Assembly (NCBI RefSeq): GCF_009914755.1
Contig: NC_060926.1
Length of the DNA stretch: 64,000 nucleotides
Direction: 5' to 3' (one strand)
Origin: the human T2T-CHM13v2.0 reference genome, Homo sapiens
Part shown: positions 13,161 through 28,491 of the stretch, in pieces
Position numbering within the stretch: position 1 is the stretch's first letter
Layout: every line of letters starts with the position of its first letter
Translations under genes and position numbers: made by a program
Notes under the pieces: model-generated
The model's database searches: none
What the model saw: only the letters and a program-made list of their open reading frames with translations
Told to the model about the DNA's origin: nothing

Positions 13161-15479
13161 GCACCAATTCCAATATCTCTTCCATGTAAATTTCATTTTT
13201 TTTTAAAAAAGTTAAATATTTACCATGTGTGATGACCTATCCTAAGCACTTATATACAGTATATTATCTTATTTAGCTTCCATTTCCCTATCAAGGGGTA
13301 CTATTTTAAGAAAAAAACCTATAAAGGACGAAGTAAACTAACAGGCCTAAAGTCACCCAGCTAAAAATTGATAGAGATTCAATTCCAGTCCAAGCAGTCT
13401 AATTAAAGAATCCACATTCTACCTTTTTGGATGTTTTTGTTTTTGCTTTTTTGAACAGCATTATTATTCACATACATATAATTCACCCATTTGCCTTCTA
13501 CTTTTGTACACCACATATACAAGAAGGATCATGTTACTGATTCCCCAGTCTTTAATGGGGTTGCTAATTTTGTTGTAACTGATTTAAGGAGGCCCAGAAT
13601 TCCTTCTCTCCCTTCATCTCTCAACTCTGTTTTTCTCTTGGGCCTTAATCAAATAGCAAGCAATGCCATTGGTAGTCAGCAGTCCCCAGATTTAGGAAAG
13701 CACAGTCATTCTCTTATTTGGCTTGTCATATTACTATATGTGCTGAACCCATACATAACAATATGTATAATCTGTACTCAAACCTCAAGGTGCAGACAAA
13801 AGGCTCTTGCATCACCTAAATAATGTAACATTTTAACACCCACGTCTTTTCACCGGTTTGCTTCTGCAGAGCTGAGTAGTAGAGGCAAAGAACGGCTTCT
13901 TAGTTCCATTGCTTTTTAAGATGGTTCCTAAGACTGCTTTCTTGCATTTTAATACTACTAGAGGAACACCAAAGAAATAGAGCAAACAGTACTGCTGTTT
14001 GTGTGAATCTATAACGATTATCCTTGGAGCACTTAGCTAGCTCTAGGAAAAACTATTTGTAAAACTCCCCAAGGATGATTCCCAGTTGTCTCAGCTCACT
14101 GCAACCCCAGGGAGAGGAATTGCTATTAACCATACACTAAATGCCAGTCCACCATGTAAAAGTTAACTTCCCTTCAATGTTTCCTGAGTTCTGAGTATCC
14201 TTTAAATAAGTAAATTAGTGAGACGTTCATGTTTTCACCTTTGTAACTGTTTAGCATTTCTTCTCAGCTGGGAAGCTGGGAAGCAAACATCATCTAGAAT
14301 GAAGTTGCACTAAACATTACCTGAGAGGCTAGCATTAATGAGAACAAATTAAGCGCTACTGTTGTACTTTTTTGGAGAGCAAAAGCTGACAGGTAAGAAA
14401 CACTTAAGTATCAACTACACTGCAGTGAAAACTGAAGCTTCAATTAACCCTGGCAATTTCAGCGAACTCAGAGGGTGACCATCTGCCAGACAAACAGCTT
14501 AGGCAACTCATGCATCTTGTTTTAATCTTTCTTTGGATGATTATAATTTCAGGGTATAAATAAGGTTATTAGCAAGAACAGAACAACAACAATAATTACA
14601 GTAAGTATTTGCAGAGCATTTTGATCACACTATGACGTCAGTAACTCTGCAGCTTCAAAATGGGAATTTCATGCTTAGCGTTTGTTCTCCATGACTGCCC
14701 TGAATGGTGGCTACATGATACACTCACTCACACAAAAAGAGGCAACTGGGACTCAGAAGTTATTTCTCTAAGGGATTTAATGTAAGCTCATCTCAAAGCC
14801 ATCTCAATCCAAAATATCTGAACTATTCTTATTTCTCTGGACGTTGTCTCCAAACACATTATACTGGGCCAGAATGAAATTGGTTTTAACTTATTTACCT
14901 GGCATTTCACATTTAGACTTCTATGTACGGAAGAAGGAAAAAAGCCTGGATTCTTGATGGCATCATTGAACAGGTAAACCAATGATAGTCTATCTCTGGA
15001 CTTCTTGCTAGGTGAAAAAAGTAAATCCTTTTGTATTTTAGCCACTATTAGGTTTTCTGTTACGTAATATGTATTATTGTTAAGTCCTGGGATTTCAGAG
15101 ACAAATCCATTTGGTTTCTGCTCTCAAGAATTACCATTAAGTGAAGAAGAAAGAGATGCAAACAAAGAATCCTGACATGATATATAGTAAAGGTAAGTAC
15201 AAAATGCTATTGGAGCACAGAGGAATGAAAGATTAAGTCTACTAGTGGTGGCTCTGAGAAGCTTTCTGGTAGAGGCAATATTTGTGCTGGGTATAGAAGA
15301 ATGAGTAACATTCCACGGAGAGAAGGGTAAAAGCCAGGGAATTTCAGGCAGGAGGATTAGCACAAATAAAGATTAAACAGGTGTGAAAACATGGAATATT
15401 CAGAGAATAAAAATAATATAGAAAAAGGTGCTGACCTAAATAATTCTGGATATGAATGGTGCCTATAAAACTGAAGGCA

Positions 15480-16910
15480 ATAGGAATGGTAATAAGCACT
15501 GTACTCTAGTTGATAAAGGGTTAACAATTCTGAAATCAGTATACAAGGAAATCAGAATTGAACAATTAGGAAGTAGGTGATACTTGGCAGAAGCCAGGTT
15601 TCTCATTGTTGGAGTGGGAGGTTACAAACAAGGGAGAAGAAAAGGCTAGAATAATCTATATGGTAATGACTTAGAATGCGAGTCATTTGTATGCACTCAT
15701 ATTTAGCTTAATATACATACGTTATATATAGAAATATCTGTAGATATGTATGTATACATTCATTAGTATACACACATATATTTCCTTACTCTGTCATCTG
15801 AGAGGGCCTAGAAGTCATCACATCCCGGTGGCAACAAGCACACCCAGTACCCAGATCTTCGTTTCTAACCATTCTCTAATAAAACAGAACCATGGCTGCT
15901 TGGAGAACTGGCTGATTCTAGGATTGAGGCAGAGAATATAACATGAGCCTAGAGCATCTTATAGTGCCAGAAAGTAAGGAAGTGCACACACATACACCCG
16001 AAAAACCAAAAAAACCTACAGTGCTGAGGGTATTGTCAAAAGGACACAGGAGCCAACTGAACGTGTAGCCAATGGCCAAAGCTAGAATACTCTGAGCAAC
16101 AAAATAAAAAGTAGTTTTGGATTACAACCCAAAGTATAAAATAAATATCCATGTATCCATACTGATATAAATGATTAAATAAACAAATAAATGAGGGAGA
16201 AGAGAGAAATCGTCCATGCAAATAGTCCTGAATAATTTATGTAAATAAATACTCTTCCCTTAAGGAAGTGGAACATAACTCCTCATTAAGTGTGGGCAGC
16301 ACATAGTGACTTCTTTCTAAAAGAGTTCAGTGTGGAAAGGGGGAAAAATAACTCTGCAGCGGAGTAACTTCACAAAGACTTCCTCAGCCAGGTGATCAAG
16401 GTTAACACGAACAGTGATAGTGCTGATAGCATGTATTCTTGATATGATGTGACAAAAACAGCACTTTACCTCTATGTTCTTCTTCCCCAACCCCCATAAC
16501 TTCAGTCTAATCATAAGAAAACTATCAGATAAACCCCAGTTGACAGACATTCTATAAAATATGACTAATACTCCCCAAACTGTCAAGGTCATCAAAAACA
16601 AAGAAAGTCTGAGAAACTGCCAGAGCCAAGCAAAATAAGGAGACACGATGACTACATGTAATGTGGTATCCTGGATGGAATCCTGGAACTCAAAAAAGTC
16701 ATTAGGTAAAAAGTAAGGAAATGTGAATAAAATATGGACTTTAGTTAACAATAATGTATCAATATTGGTTCATTAACTGTAACAAATGTACCATACGAAT
16801 CTGTTACTAACAAGGGAGACGGGGTATGGACTATATGGAACCTCTCTATACTAACTTCACAATTTCTTCATAAATCTAAAAGTGTTCTAAAATTAAAAAT
16901 GTAAAACAAA
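15480..16910 (+). mobile_element. L1MC/MD-type 3' region
   Basis: GGAAGTGGAACATAACTCC, CAAAACTGTCAAGGTCATC-like and AATGTGGTATCCTGGATGGAATCCTGGAAC motifs. Confidence 0.75.
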
Positions 16911-17104
16911 ATAATTTTGTATGACTACAGACTATGATGTGAGGGGCAGACAGGTGGGGTGGGGAGGTGGTTATAAGGCTGGAAAGTTAGGCAGAGGCCA
17001 GATAGGAATCTTCATGTACACCAAATTAAGCAGTTTGAATATTTTCTCATAGGCAATGCAACAAACAGAATTTTAAATAAGAGAGCAAGATGATGAGATC
17101 TGTT

Positions 17105-17205
17105 CAGTGGTCCCCTCCTCATCCTGTCTGCAGGGGATAGGTTCCAAGATCCCTAGTGGATGCCTGAAACTGTGAATAGTAACAAACCCTATACATACTA
17201 TGCTT

Positions 17206-17246
<41 letters not shown>

Positions 17247-17800
17247 AGTTTAACTTACAAATTAGGCTTAAGAGATTAGCAATAACTAATAAAACAGAAC
17301 ACTTGTAACAATATACAATAAGTTATGTGAATATAGTCTCTCCCTCTCTCTCAAAATATCTTATTATACTGTATTAACCCTTCCTGTGTTGATGTGAGAT
17401 GATAAAATGCCTACGTGATAAGATGCAGTGAGGTGAATGATGCAGGCATCGTGACATAGTGTTAAGCTACTATTGACCTACATCTGAAGGACGATCAGCT
17501 GCTTCAGGTAATCCTGGATCATGGAGCCATGACGGTGTCAATGGCTGGCTGTCAGGAGCAGATGATGACTACCGGGTAGTTAGAATTTATAGAGTGGATA
17601 CACTGGACAAAAGAGTGATTCACTTCCTGGGCAGGACAGAGTGAGATGGTGTGACACTTCATCATGCTATTCAGAATGGCATGCAGTCTAAAACTTCTGC
17701 CTTGTTTATTTCTGGAATTTTCCATGTAATATTTTCAGACTATGGTTGACAGTGGGTAAATGAACCATGGAAAGTGAAACCATGGATAATGGGAGACATT
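17105..17800 (+). mobile_element. MER44 (Tigger7-derived MITE)
   Basis: CAGTGGTCCCCTCC..GGGGATAGGTTCCAAGATCCCTAGTGGATGCCTGAAAC start; GGAAAGTGAAACCATGGATAATGGG end. Confidence 0.8.
17211..17242. repeat. (TA)16 microsatellite
   Basis: Perfect TA run inside MER44. Confidence 0.95.
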
Positions 17801-19500
17801 ATTTATAAAGATTATAAAGACTTACAAAATGTATTTATATATATTATAATGGCCTTATACTACCGATGACTGATCAATGAAAATCAAAGTTCTGGGACCA
17901 GGGCATGTGTAGCATTTAAAATCTCCCCATACAATCTTGGTGTACATTGAGGATTGAGAACCACTCAGATACAGAATTAATGAGAAGAGAAAGAGGCCCA
18001 GGGCTACACACTAAGACTATTAGATCATGACAGCTAAAGAAAACAGTGGCCATGAGTATCAACGAGGGCACATATTCAAGTCACACTTCAGAGGGAGAAT
18101 CAATGAATTTCTTGCAATGACTAGATGTAAAAGTTGTGTGCAGTGAAACAGGAGACAAGGTTTCTGGCTTGCATGGCTGAGTAGATGTTGATGGTATTCA
18201 AAACAGAGTTCATACACACAGGCAAAAAGGCTAGATAATGGTGGGATGAAGGTAGGGAAGGGAAGATAATGAGTTCAATTTGCACATGACAAACTTTAAG
18301 GATCCTACAATATATTCAAATGGATAGCCCCAATAGGTACTTAGAAATGAATTCATGTGAGTGGTAGGTGCTAGAGATGTGTATCTGGGAATCAAGTCCT
18401 GGTTTTACAGGTGGTGGCTGAAGTCGAGAGGGACTGATCAAGAAAAAAAAATAGGGCAGATGGAACTAATGGTAATACTGATATTTAGGAAGAAGAGGGG
18501 TTAGTTTATGGGACTCAATACTAAAGAATATTAAAAGAAGCCAAAAATAAACAATTGGTTTTAGAAATGTAGGAAATCAGTGATGACCTTTATCAAGGTG
18601 ATTTGAAACCTGGCTCTGCCAGCAGAAAACAGTTTAATCAATATATAAGTCACTGGAGTAAAGGAGGTAATGAATGTAGATGACTGACAGGCAGAGGAGA
18701 GAAAAGGAGAGAAGTTGGGCTGTATTTTGAGGGATCATGTAGGTGAAAGAAGGGTATTTGTTAAGCTGCAAAGATTCTTGAGTATCATTGTAGGATGAGA
18801 GAACACACACACACAAAGACTGAAGATACTGAAAAAAGAAAATTGCTGACAAAACAAGTTTTGAGAATAAGTAGGCCAAAGAAAGGGGAAATAAGTACAC
18901 AGAAAACACATCAGCTATGTGAGGTATCTAGAACAACTTTATGCTCTGAAGAGTAAGAACAGGTGAGTTTGTAGTAGAAGAGAAGATGGCTAAGACACTC
19001 CTTTCCCAATGAGCTCTTCTTCGTGAAGTAAGAGGCTGTAAGGTAGGGGGCATGAGAAAAGGAGGAACAGAAAAAAAATGGGAAAGGACACTAACAACAT
19101 TTGAATAAAAGAATGTCAATGAACATAAGTTGCCTATCTAAAGATGCAGCTCAAATTAGTGGTTATTTATTGGTTGTCTCTCAAGTATTCACTCCCTACT
19201 TCCCATAGCTCATGGACTTGAAATCTGTACATTTTCTGAGAGGCCAGAGTGGACATGATTGAAGCCAGAGGTGAACATATACCCTATGCTAAGCCAATCG
19301 GCACACTTCTATACCTCTGGGCATAGTGATTGGTTAGGAAGTGGGCATGTGGCCAAACCTGTCCAACAGAGTACCTTTCTGTTTTACTGCTAGAGATCTG
19401 GGAACAAAGATAATTTTTAATACCTATTAGGTATGAAAGAGGAAGCACCTGTTATGTATGAAAGAGGGGCTTTTTCAACAGCCCCAAAGCTGTTGAAAGC

Positions 19501-19864
19501 TATATTGGTCAGCTTGGGCTGCCACAACAAAATATCATAGACTAGGTTGCTTAAACAACAGAAATTTTATTTTCTCACAGGTCTGGAGGCTAGAAGTCCC
19601 ATATCAAAGTGCTGGCTGATTTGGTTCCTGGCTTGTAGACAGCCACCTTCTCATTGTGTCCTCCAATGGCCTCTGTGCATTCGCAGAGGGAGAGATATCT
19701 TCTCCTCTTTTTATAAGGACACCAGTTCTATTGAATTAGGGCCTCACTCCTAAGACCTCACTTGATCTTTATTACCTCCATAAAGGCCCATCTCTAAATA
19801 AAGTCACATTGTGGGGTAGGCCTTCAGCATATGAATTTAGGGGGACACAATGCAGTCCATAACA
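19501..19864 (-). mobile_element. MLT1A-like MaLR solo LTR nested in an older MLT1-type LTR (~19165-20102)
   Basis: GGGCTGCCACAACAAAATATCATAGACTAGG..GGGGACACAATGCAGTCCATAACA; 5-bp TSD AAAGC on both sides. Confidence 0.85.
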
Positions 19865-20368
19865 AAAGCCACCTTGGAGCCATGAGTGGGCCTAACGTTA
19901 GGTATGCATGGTACAAATATAGGATGAAGCCAACTATGAGGCAAGAAAACTAGGAAGCTAAAAAGAGGTTCATAAGTCCCATTGTTAAGTAGTTGGATTA
20001 AATTCCTCTTTTTTTTTTTTCAGTTATCGAGCCAATACATTTCTTAATTGTTTAAGCCATCTGAGTTTTCTGTTATCTGCTACCAAAAGTAACCTAACTG
20101 ATAGGGCAGTTATTGATTTCCTCTACTACCTAGTTTGTGGGGCGAAATATTTGGTTTGATCTGGATTAGGACTATTTAGGCTTGTAGTATGGAAAGCAAT
20201 GGTGATTTAAGATGGTGGAAGTGAAGGAAAATATAACTAGTAACCACAGAGTAAGCCCATGCTGACTGGGAAAAAAATAATAGAGAGGGAAGAGGAGGGT
20301 AGAAGGAATTGGAGGAGCTGATGGACTTAAAGTGGCTAGAGTCTGGGTTTAAAAGAAACAAGGGGAGG

Positions 20369-20479
20369 GACCCAGCAACTTGGGAGGCTGAGGTGGGAGG
20401 ATCACTTGAGCCCAGGATTTTGAGGCTGCAGTGAGCCTTGATCATGCCTAGGTGACAGGGCAAGACCCGGACTCTAAAA
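20369..20479 (+). mobile_element. Alu right-arm / FRAM fragment
   Basis: CCCAGCAACTTGGGAGGCTGAGGTGGGAGGATCACTTGAGCCCAGG. Confidence 0.8.
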
Positions 20480-21431
20480 GCGGGGGGGAAATGGAAAGAA
20501 ACAGGGGAGGGAGAAGACAGATAGGAGGTACTGGTTAGGAATGAGGCCTTCTAAGTTTTTTTTTTAACCCATCTCACCTAGTAACAAAAACAGTAAACAC
20601 TGTAACAATGAGAAGGAACTACTGCTTTGAACGAGAGGCTCTTACAGTGTGGCCAAAACCACAAGGCCACAAATGCCTATGAAAGAGAAAGCTTTTAGTA
20701 TTGACAAAAGCTAAAACATGGACTCCCGTCCACCATCTTATGTTAATCTTCTGAAAGTCATTATAATAGATCTCCATCCCTTGCTCTTCAGGAACAGTCC
20801 CCCACTGGACACATCTGCTAAAACAGGGTTTGTCCAACCAAGGTCCTATGACAATTATTTAAATCGCATTTTTATTATGATAATAATCTAAAATTCAATA
20901 GGAGCCATGTATAACTGCTACTTGATTTCAGTGTCTGTGTTTGCATTTATGATCTTGCTGGCAATAAGCAGCACAGATGTAATACATAAATGATGCATCT
21001 GAGTATACAGCACACTGTAAAAAGATTCTGCAGTATTTTGAATAGAGAAAAGTGGTGAGGGAATTGGGAAGACACATAGCACACAACAGCACAGATGGGC
21101 TGAAGTCAAAAGAACCTGCATGATGATGGTCAGTAGCTTCTTTATAATGAGAGTTGCAATTTATTTTCAGTAAAACATCAGCAGTCACACTATACTGCTG
21201 TTAATTCGAGTTTTATTGGTTTTGTGGTTGTACTTGTACTTATTTTGATTTTGTGGCTGAATAGGAGCTCTATGTACAAGGAGCTTATACCTGGATTTGT
21301 GTTCATAAACAACATAGTAAGAATATTTTAAGTCAACTGAGGGACCTGAGAATATTTTTCCTTTAAACAGAGATTTATTTCTCAGCATTTAGAAATAGTA
21401 TTAGAAAATTCTGTTCCAGAGAATTCTACAG

Positions 21432-21783
<352 letters not shown>

Positions 21784-23682
21784 TAGGGCAGAGTCATCTC
21801 AATTCTCTGCAGAAAGCAATTTCAGGTGGCGCTGAAGGGTATGGACTAGGTTGGTTCAGGATCTGCCACTTACTACCACAGGCTGTATCACTACCAGAGG
21901 TTGTCTTAGTTTTACAACCTCTGGCATGATACCTAACTTCGCTAGTCTCAATTTCTTTAATAAAATGTGGCTAATAAGGTTATTTCCAAAGATAGGAAGC
22001 TTCTGGGAGGTAACACATGTAGCTTAGTGCTGGGTGCGTGGTAAGTGTTCAATCAGTGCTAACCCATTTGCTGTTATCATTAGTCTGCCTCTCCTCACAA
22101 TTTCCACAGGGCTTTGTGAATACCACAGGATCAAGCCTTCCACTAAGATGCTGCTTAATTTGAACAGCCCTAAGTAGTCCCAACTTTTCAAGAAGACAAA
22201 AGACTAATTTACCAATGAAGCAGGATGGTATAGTAGAGGGCTGAACCGACAACAGGCTTAGTCCCAAGTTCAAGTCACTTAATAGGTGGCTAAGCCGGGA
22301 CTTGAAGTTGAGATTAAGTCTGTTGTCAGTTCATGATTTTTTAGGGAAAGTCACTTTGCTTACGCCTATCAGTGCGTTCGTAAAATTGAGAGAATTCTTA
22401 AGTCACAAAGTTCTTACAAAGAAAATTATAAACTACATAGTGCCTTACAAATGTAAAGTCAAATTATTATTCAACAAATTCCGGAAACATTTCTAAGGGG
22501 CACCTCTTAAAACTAAAACAGAAAAAAAAATCCCACAAAATAAAATTAATAAATAATTACGAACACCCTCCCACCTCCCACTGTCTAGCAATCAGGTACT
22601 GAGGCAGTCAGTTAGGACCACAAGCTAAAATGAAAGTAACAATCAAGTCTTACTTTCTGCAACAGTGCAAGCGGGAGGCAAAAAGAAATGCTAGCTCCCC
22701 AGCTTTCCTTTCTCCCCCACTGAATGGCAGCACTGGGTGAGGATCAAGTAGACACGGCATAGATGGGGAAATTGTCTTACTGTCAAGGAGGGGTGGGAGA
22801 AGGCTCTCGCTTTTCTAAATGGACCCCTGGGGTGGAGGTGGTCAGGGACGCGGCAGGGCAGAGAGGGGAGCCTGGAATGGAAGGAAGTCCTCTGAATGGA
22901 GGCATCTGGGCTAGGAATGCAGGGGGCTGATTCCTAGACTACAGCCCCTCCAGGAAACTGCAATGTTCTAGCTGTGCACCAACTATGGTGTGGGGAAGGC
23001 AGCTTCTCCCCATGAGGCCCTCCAGGCAGAGCCTTGTAATTGTCTACGGTCAGGCCGGAAAGATCACATGTGGAATTTCGACCTAGAGCCAGACTCCTCA
23101 CCCACAAAGAAGTAAACCTTATCCCAGGAAACTATATAAACTTAAAAAAATCAATAAATTTAAGAAAGGTTTAGAAAAGCCCATGAATAATAATGTCACA
23201 GCAAGCTGCTAAAGAATAATTGAGAATATTAATTATGTTCTTAATCTCCAAGGAATACATCATATAGAGAAACCTTAGTAATCTTTCACCTATGAACGGT
23301 CTTATTCCTACGCTCATTTGTAAGACAGTTGTTAAGAGCTCAGAACCACATTTTCTATAGGAACATTTTAAATGGTGATTAAGAAACCAGGCTAGTCCAC
23401 ACATGCTTTTTAAATCCATAACGTGGATGAAAAGAAATGTCCTTGTTTATTTTAAATGGTCTTAGAAAACTGGCAAATCCTATTTTCCCAAATAGCTGAA
23501 ACATTGCCAATCCACACTGCCTGGGGCAACTCGAATCTTATTTAATACAAAAACAATCTGATTAAATATGATTCTTTCCAAACAACAACAAAACACATAA
23601 AACCTGTCAACCAACTCCCTGCCACCTGACAACCTAAGATGTGTCTAGAAGGTACTAATGTTGTTTAGCTAAAAACTAAACC

Positions 23683-23860
23683 TGTACCTCAAAATAAGTG
23701 CTGTCCCTTCAAATAAGTGACTTTAAGAGATTACTATTTATTCCAATAATAGCAAAACATTTTTGAAATTCCATTTTCAGATAATGTCCTCATAGCAAGC
23801 TATTGTTCTTTTTCATATCCTCAATGATGGCAAACTCTTTGCTTTAGAAGAATACCTTTT
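23683..23860. mobile_element. MARNA-like mariner fossil
   Basis: CCTTCAAATAAGTGAC..TTATTCCAAT..AAAACATTTTTG..ATATCCTCAATGATGGCAAA resembles recalled MARNA consensus. Confidence 0.5.
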
Positions 23861-24189
23861 GCTTTCAGAGTAAGTTGTTGTTCTTGTTGCCATACATGTA
23901 TAAACTCCTGACATAAACAGCTTGGAAGAATAATACTCATTAAGATACAGCTTCTGGTATGTTATTTCCTTGAACAGTCTTAAGCAGTCATACCTCATAA
24001 ATCCAGTTCACATAGTACATACTGTAATACCACAAATGATAGTATCTTTAGATATTACTTAGATAATATCCTTAAATGTTACTCTTTTCTAAGAAGCCAA
24101 AGTTATCTGGAAATATGAGCTGGATGTTTTTAAAAAGTGTTTTTATTTAAATGGAACATATACAGTGGGAAAGATCCCTCTACAAATTC

Positions 24190-25180
24190 AACATAAAATA
24201 ATATGAAATACCTAGGAATAAACCTAGCCAGAAATATACAAGACCAATATGAAGAAAGCTATACAACTGTACAGAGGGACATGGAAGACAATTTTAATAA
24301 GTAGGAAGACAGTACATGGGTTTCTGGGGCTGAAGATTCAATACTGTAAAAATATAAATTCTCACCAAATCATCTATAAAATTAAAGTAATTCCAACAGA
24401 AATTCCAAAAATGTTTTGGGAGAACTTTAACAAATAATTTAAAAGTTCATCTGGACAAATAAACATGCAGGAAGCACCAGAAAAATACTACAGGGAGAAA
24501 GAGTGATGTGATTGTGTTGGGTGGAGTTGGGGGATGGTGTGTACCTGTCCTTCCAGACATTACAACACACTGTCAAACAGATAAGTCTTGGGCATACCTC
24601 TAACACAGGAGATACAGTCAAAGCAAATGGAACAGAATAGAAAGTCCAGAAACGAGTTAGAATACATATATAAGAATTCCATTTGTAATAAAGCTAGTAT
24701 TTCAAATTAGTGGGTTAGAGCTGGCCTATTCAAAGATGTATATTAAGAAAAGGGCCACCCGTTTGGAAAAAAAAGGTACATCGCTACTCCATATCTAACA
24801 TCAAAATAAATTCCAGATGAGTTAAACTTTTAAATGTGAAAAATTAAATCTTTATTAGTCTAGGAAAAAAGTGAATATTTTCCCAAAAAATGGGGTAAAA
24901 AAGACTCTTAAACATGATACCAAAGCCACAAACTATTTAAAAAAGGAGAACAAGACAAATAGATTGCTTACATTTAAATGTATGGGAAAATATGCTATAA
25001 AAGACACTGGTGGAAATAACCTGCAAAATATTACAATGTGTTAGTTTATAAGGAATGCTTAGAAAATAATAAGTAGAAATGACCTCAGCAGGAAATGTGC
25101 TAATGCTATGAATAAGCATTTACTAAAGAAATGCAGATGGCCACTAGACACTTGAAACTGTTCATCACACTAATAATAAA
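24190..25180 (+). mobile_element. Old L1 (L1ME-like) ORF2 fragment
   Basis: GAAATACCTAGGAATAAACCTA, AAATGGAACAGAATAGAAAGTCCAGAAA motifs. Confidence 0.7.
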
Positions 25181-25610
25181 TGTCTCTTTAGGATTCTTTT
25201 GACTGCAAATAACAGAAGGCACTACTCAAAGTGGCTTAAATGATAAGGAAATAATATCTGTCATAACTGAAAGCCCAAAGATTGGGCAAGTTCCAGGTAA
25301 GGTTTCATCTGCTATTCTACAATGTCATCGAGGATCCAGGTTCCTGCCATTTCTCCATCCTGCTCTCCGCAGCATCACCTTCATCCTAAGGCTAAGTCCC
25401 TCTGTCAATTACAAAATGGCTGCAGCAGTCCCAAGCATCACACAGACATGGCAACATCCAGCAAAAGAAAAGGACCATCTCTTTCTGTGTCTCTTTTTAG
25501 GGAGGAGGAAACTTATCCACAACTTCCCAGCCAGACTTGCTCTCAGATTTCACTGGCCAGAATTTGGTCACAAACTATTCCCAAATCAATCTCTGGTAAG
25601 AGAATCTTAA
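25181..25610 (-). mobile_element. Old MLT1 (J/K-like) LTR
   Basis: GACTGCAAATAACAGAA..CTCAAAGTGGCTTAAA..CAAAATGGCTGCAGCAGTCCCAAGCATCAC. Confidence 0.6.
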
Positions 25611-25611
25611 A

Positions 25612-26877
25612 CTAGAAGTTCTCAGAGTATGGTTCACGAATTCCTGGGGAACCCTACCCCCCTTTAGGCAGTCTTCAAAAGGCTAAAATTATTTTCATGA
25701 TAATATCAACATATTATTTGCCTTAAAAAAAAAAAACACTGTAGTGCCATTTGCACCAATGGTGCACAGGCAATGTGGATAAAAGCATTGGCACCTTTGC
25801 CTAAATCAAAACAGTGGCATCAAACTATACAGAAGATCACTGTCTTCTTCACCAACTATGGACTCACAGAAAAAAAAAAAAGGCAGTTTCACGTAAGCAT
25901 TTCCTTGATGAAGCAATAAAAATTGTTTTCACAGAGCATCATTTTAACTTTGGTATTTTCTCAAAAATAAATGAAGTAAGACTGCCAAGAAAACAACTGA
26001 CACCATTTGTTGCCTTTGATAAAATTTAAGCTTTTAAGCAAAAATTAGAATTCTGGAAAACCTGTGTTCACCACTATAAGCCTAACAGCTTTCTAATTCT
26101 TAAACACTGTTCAGATGAGAACAAGATATTTTTGGCACTATAAAATGAAATGTGTCAACATTTGGAAGACCTATACAACTCAATGAGCCAGTATTTTCCA
26201 GATGACCAACATAAGATGATACAAAATCAAGCACGGGCTAAAGATCCAGTCAAAGTATAATACAAGACAGACCAATGGATTTTAATGTAGCAGAATATGA
26301 AAAATTCACTGACAAGGCTTCAAATTGTAATATTGCAATTAACCTTTAAGATACTACCACTTACTGGGATTTGGTGTAGTAGTAAAGTAGAATACCCATA
26401 TTCATCTGAAGAGACAAAGCACTCCTCCCCTTTCTAACCACTTATAAAATATATCTGTGTGAGATCAGATTTCTTCACATATATCAACCAGAACAACATA
26501 TCACAACAGACTTAATGCAGAAACAGATATAAGAATCCAGTCATCTCTTAGGTGAGACATTGAGATTTGCAAAAAATGTAAAACAATGCCATTCTTCTAA
26601 TATTTTTCTTTTGGAAAATATTTTTTATAAAAATATGCCATAATAACATACAATGGGTTTATTAGTCTTATTTTTAAATCACTTAATAATGCAGTTTTTA
26701 CAGGTGTTGTGATAAAAAAGATTTAATAAATATTTAAACAATTAATTTTTTCTTAGGTTACATTTCAAATGTAGTAAATATCCATAGCTACAAGCCACAT
26801 AAACAAATGTTCTTTGGAGCCTTTATAATTTTTTAGTGTCTAGAGGTCCTGAGACCAAAAAGCTGGAGACTCGCTGC
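25612..26877. mobile_element. Charlie1-type hAT DNA transposon derivative
   Basis: GTTCTCAGAGTATGGTTC start; ATTTGCACCAATGGTGCA; end GGTCCTGAGACCAAAAAGCTGGAGACTCGCTG. Confidence 0.75.
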
Positions 26878-27277
26878 CTTAGATTAATTTTCTGGGTGAT
26901 ATGGATAGCGGAAAGCCCATCACACAGAAAACAGTAAAATAATCTTCTGTCATTTTGGCGAAGGTAAAAACACTGTGATAAATGGTGTGCAGGAACAGGC
27001 ATTCTGGCAAACTGAGGGGGCACTGAACTGAGAGACCTTTCCTGAGGGGGCTTTGGTAATACATATGAAAATTTTAAAGAAAAAATTAGAAAGAAAATTT
27101 CGTTTCTAAAAATATATCCTATGGATATAATCAGAAGAATATATTAAGGATTTGTCATAGCATTATTTGTATATTACACTGAAAAACTACAATACAAATA
27201 TTAATTTTTAGAAGACTGACTAAATTATTGTACATGCATAGAAAGGAAAATTATGTAGCTGCTTAAAAATGTTGCTA

Positions 27278-27899
<622 letters not shown>

Positions 27900-27916
27900 C
27901 TAAATTTATTGGTATG

Positions 27917-28280
27917 TGATATGGTTTGGCTGTGTCTCCACCCAAATCTTATCTTGAATTGTAGCTCTCATAATTCCCACATGTTGCGGGAGGCATCTGG
28001 TGGGAGATAAATGAATCATGGGGGCGGTTTCTCCCATACTATTCTCGTGGTAGTGAATAAGTCTCACGAGATCTGATGGTTTTATAAGGGGAAACCCCTT
28101 TCACTTGGCTCACATTCTCTCTCTTGCCTGCTGCCATGTAAACTGTGCCTTTTGCCTTCTGCCATGATTGTGAGGCCTCCCCAGCCACATGAAACTGTGA
28201 GTCCATTAAACCTCTTTTTCTTTATAAATTACCCAGTCTGGGGTATGTCTTTATCAGCAGGATGAAAATGAACTAACATG
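27917..28280 (+). mobile_element. THE1 (B-like) MaLR solo LTR
   Basis: TGATATGGTTTGGCTGTG start; 5-bp TSD GTATG at 27912-16 and 28281-85. Confidence 0.92.
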
Positions 28281-28491
28281 GTATGAAAAGATGTCCATGA
28301 TTTATTAGGTAGAAAAAAAAAGTCAGGTACAAGATAGTATTTATAGTACGGTCTCATCTTAAAAAATTAATGTCTATATACCAAGAAACATGCATATGCA
28401 TAGGGAAAGTCTAGTAGAATTTATAGCAGTTGTCACTGATTGAAAGGCTCACAGATCTTCCTTGCATTTTCTTCTTAATATATCTCGAAAT

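Noticed and set aside
16317-16751. Hydrophobic 144-aa ORF (also 52226-52621)
   Set aside because: Translation of T-rich antisense L1 sequence that mimics transmembrane segments.
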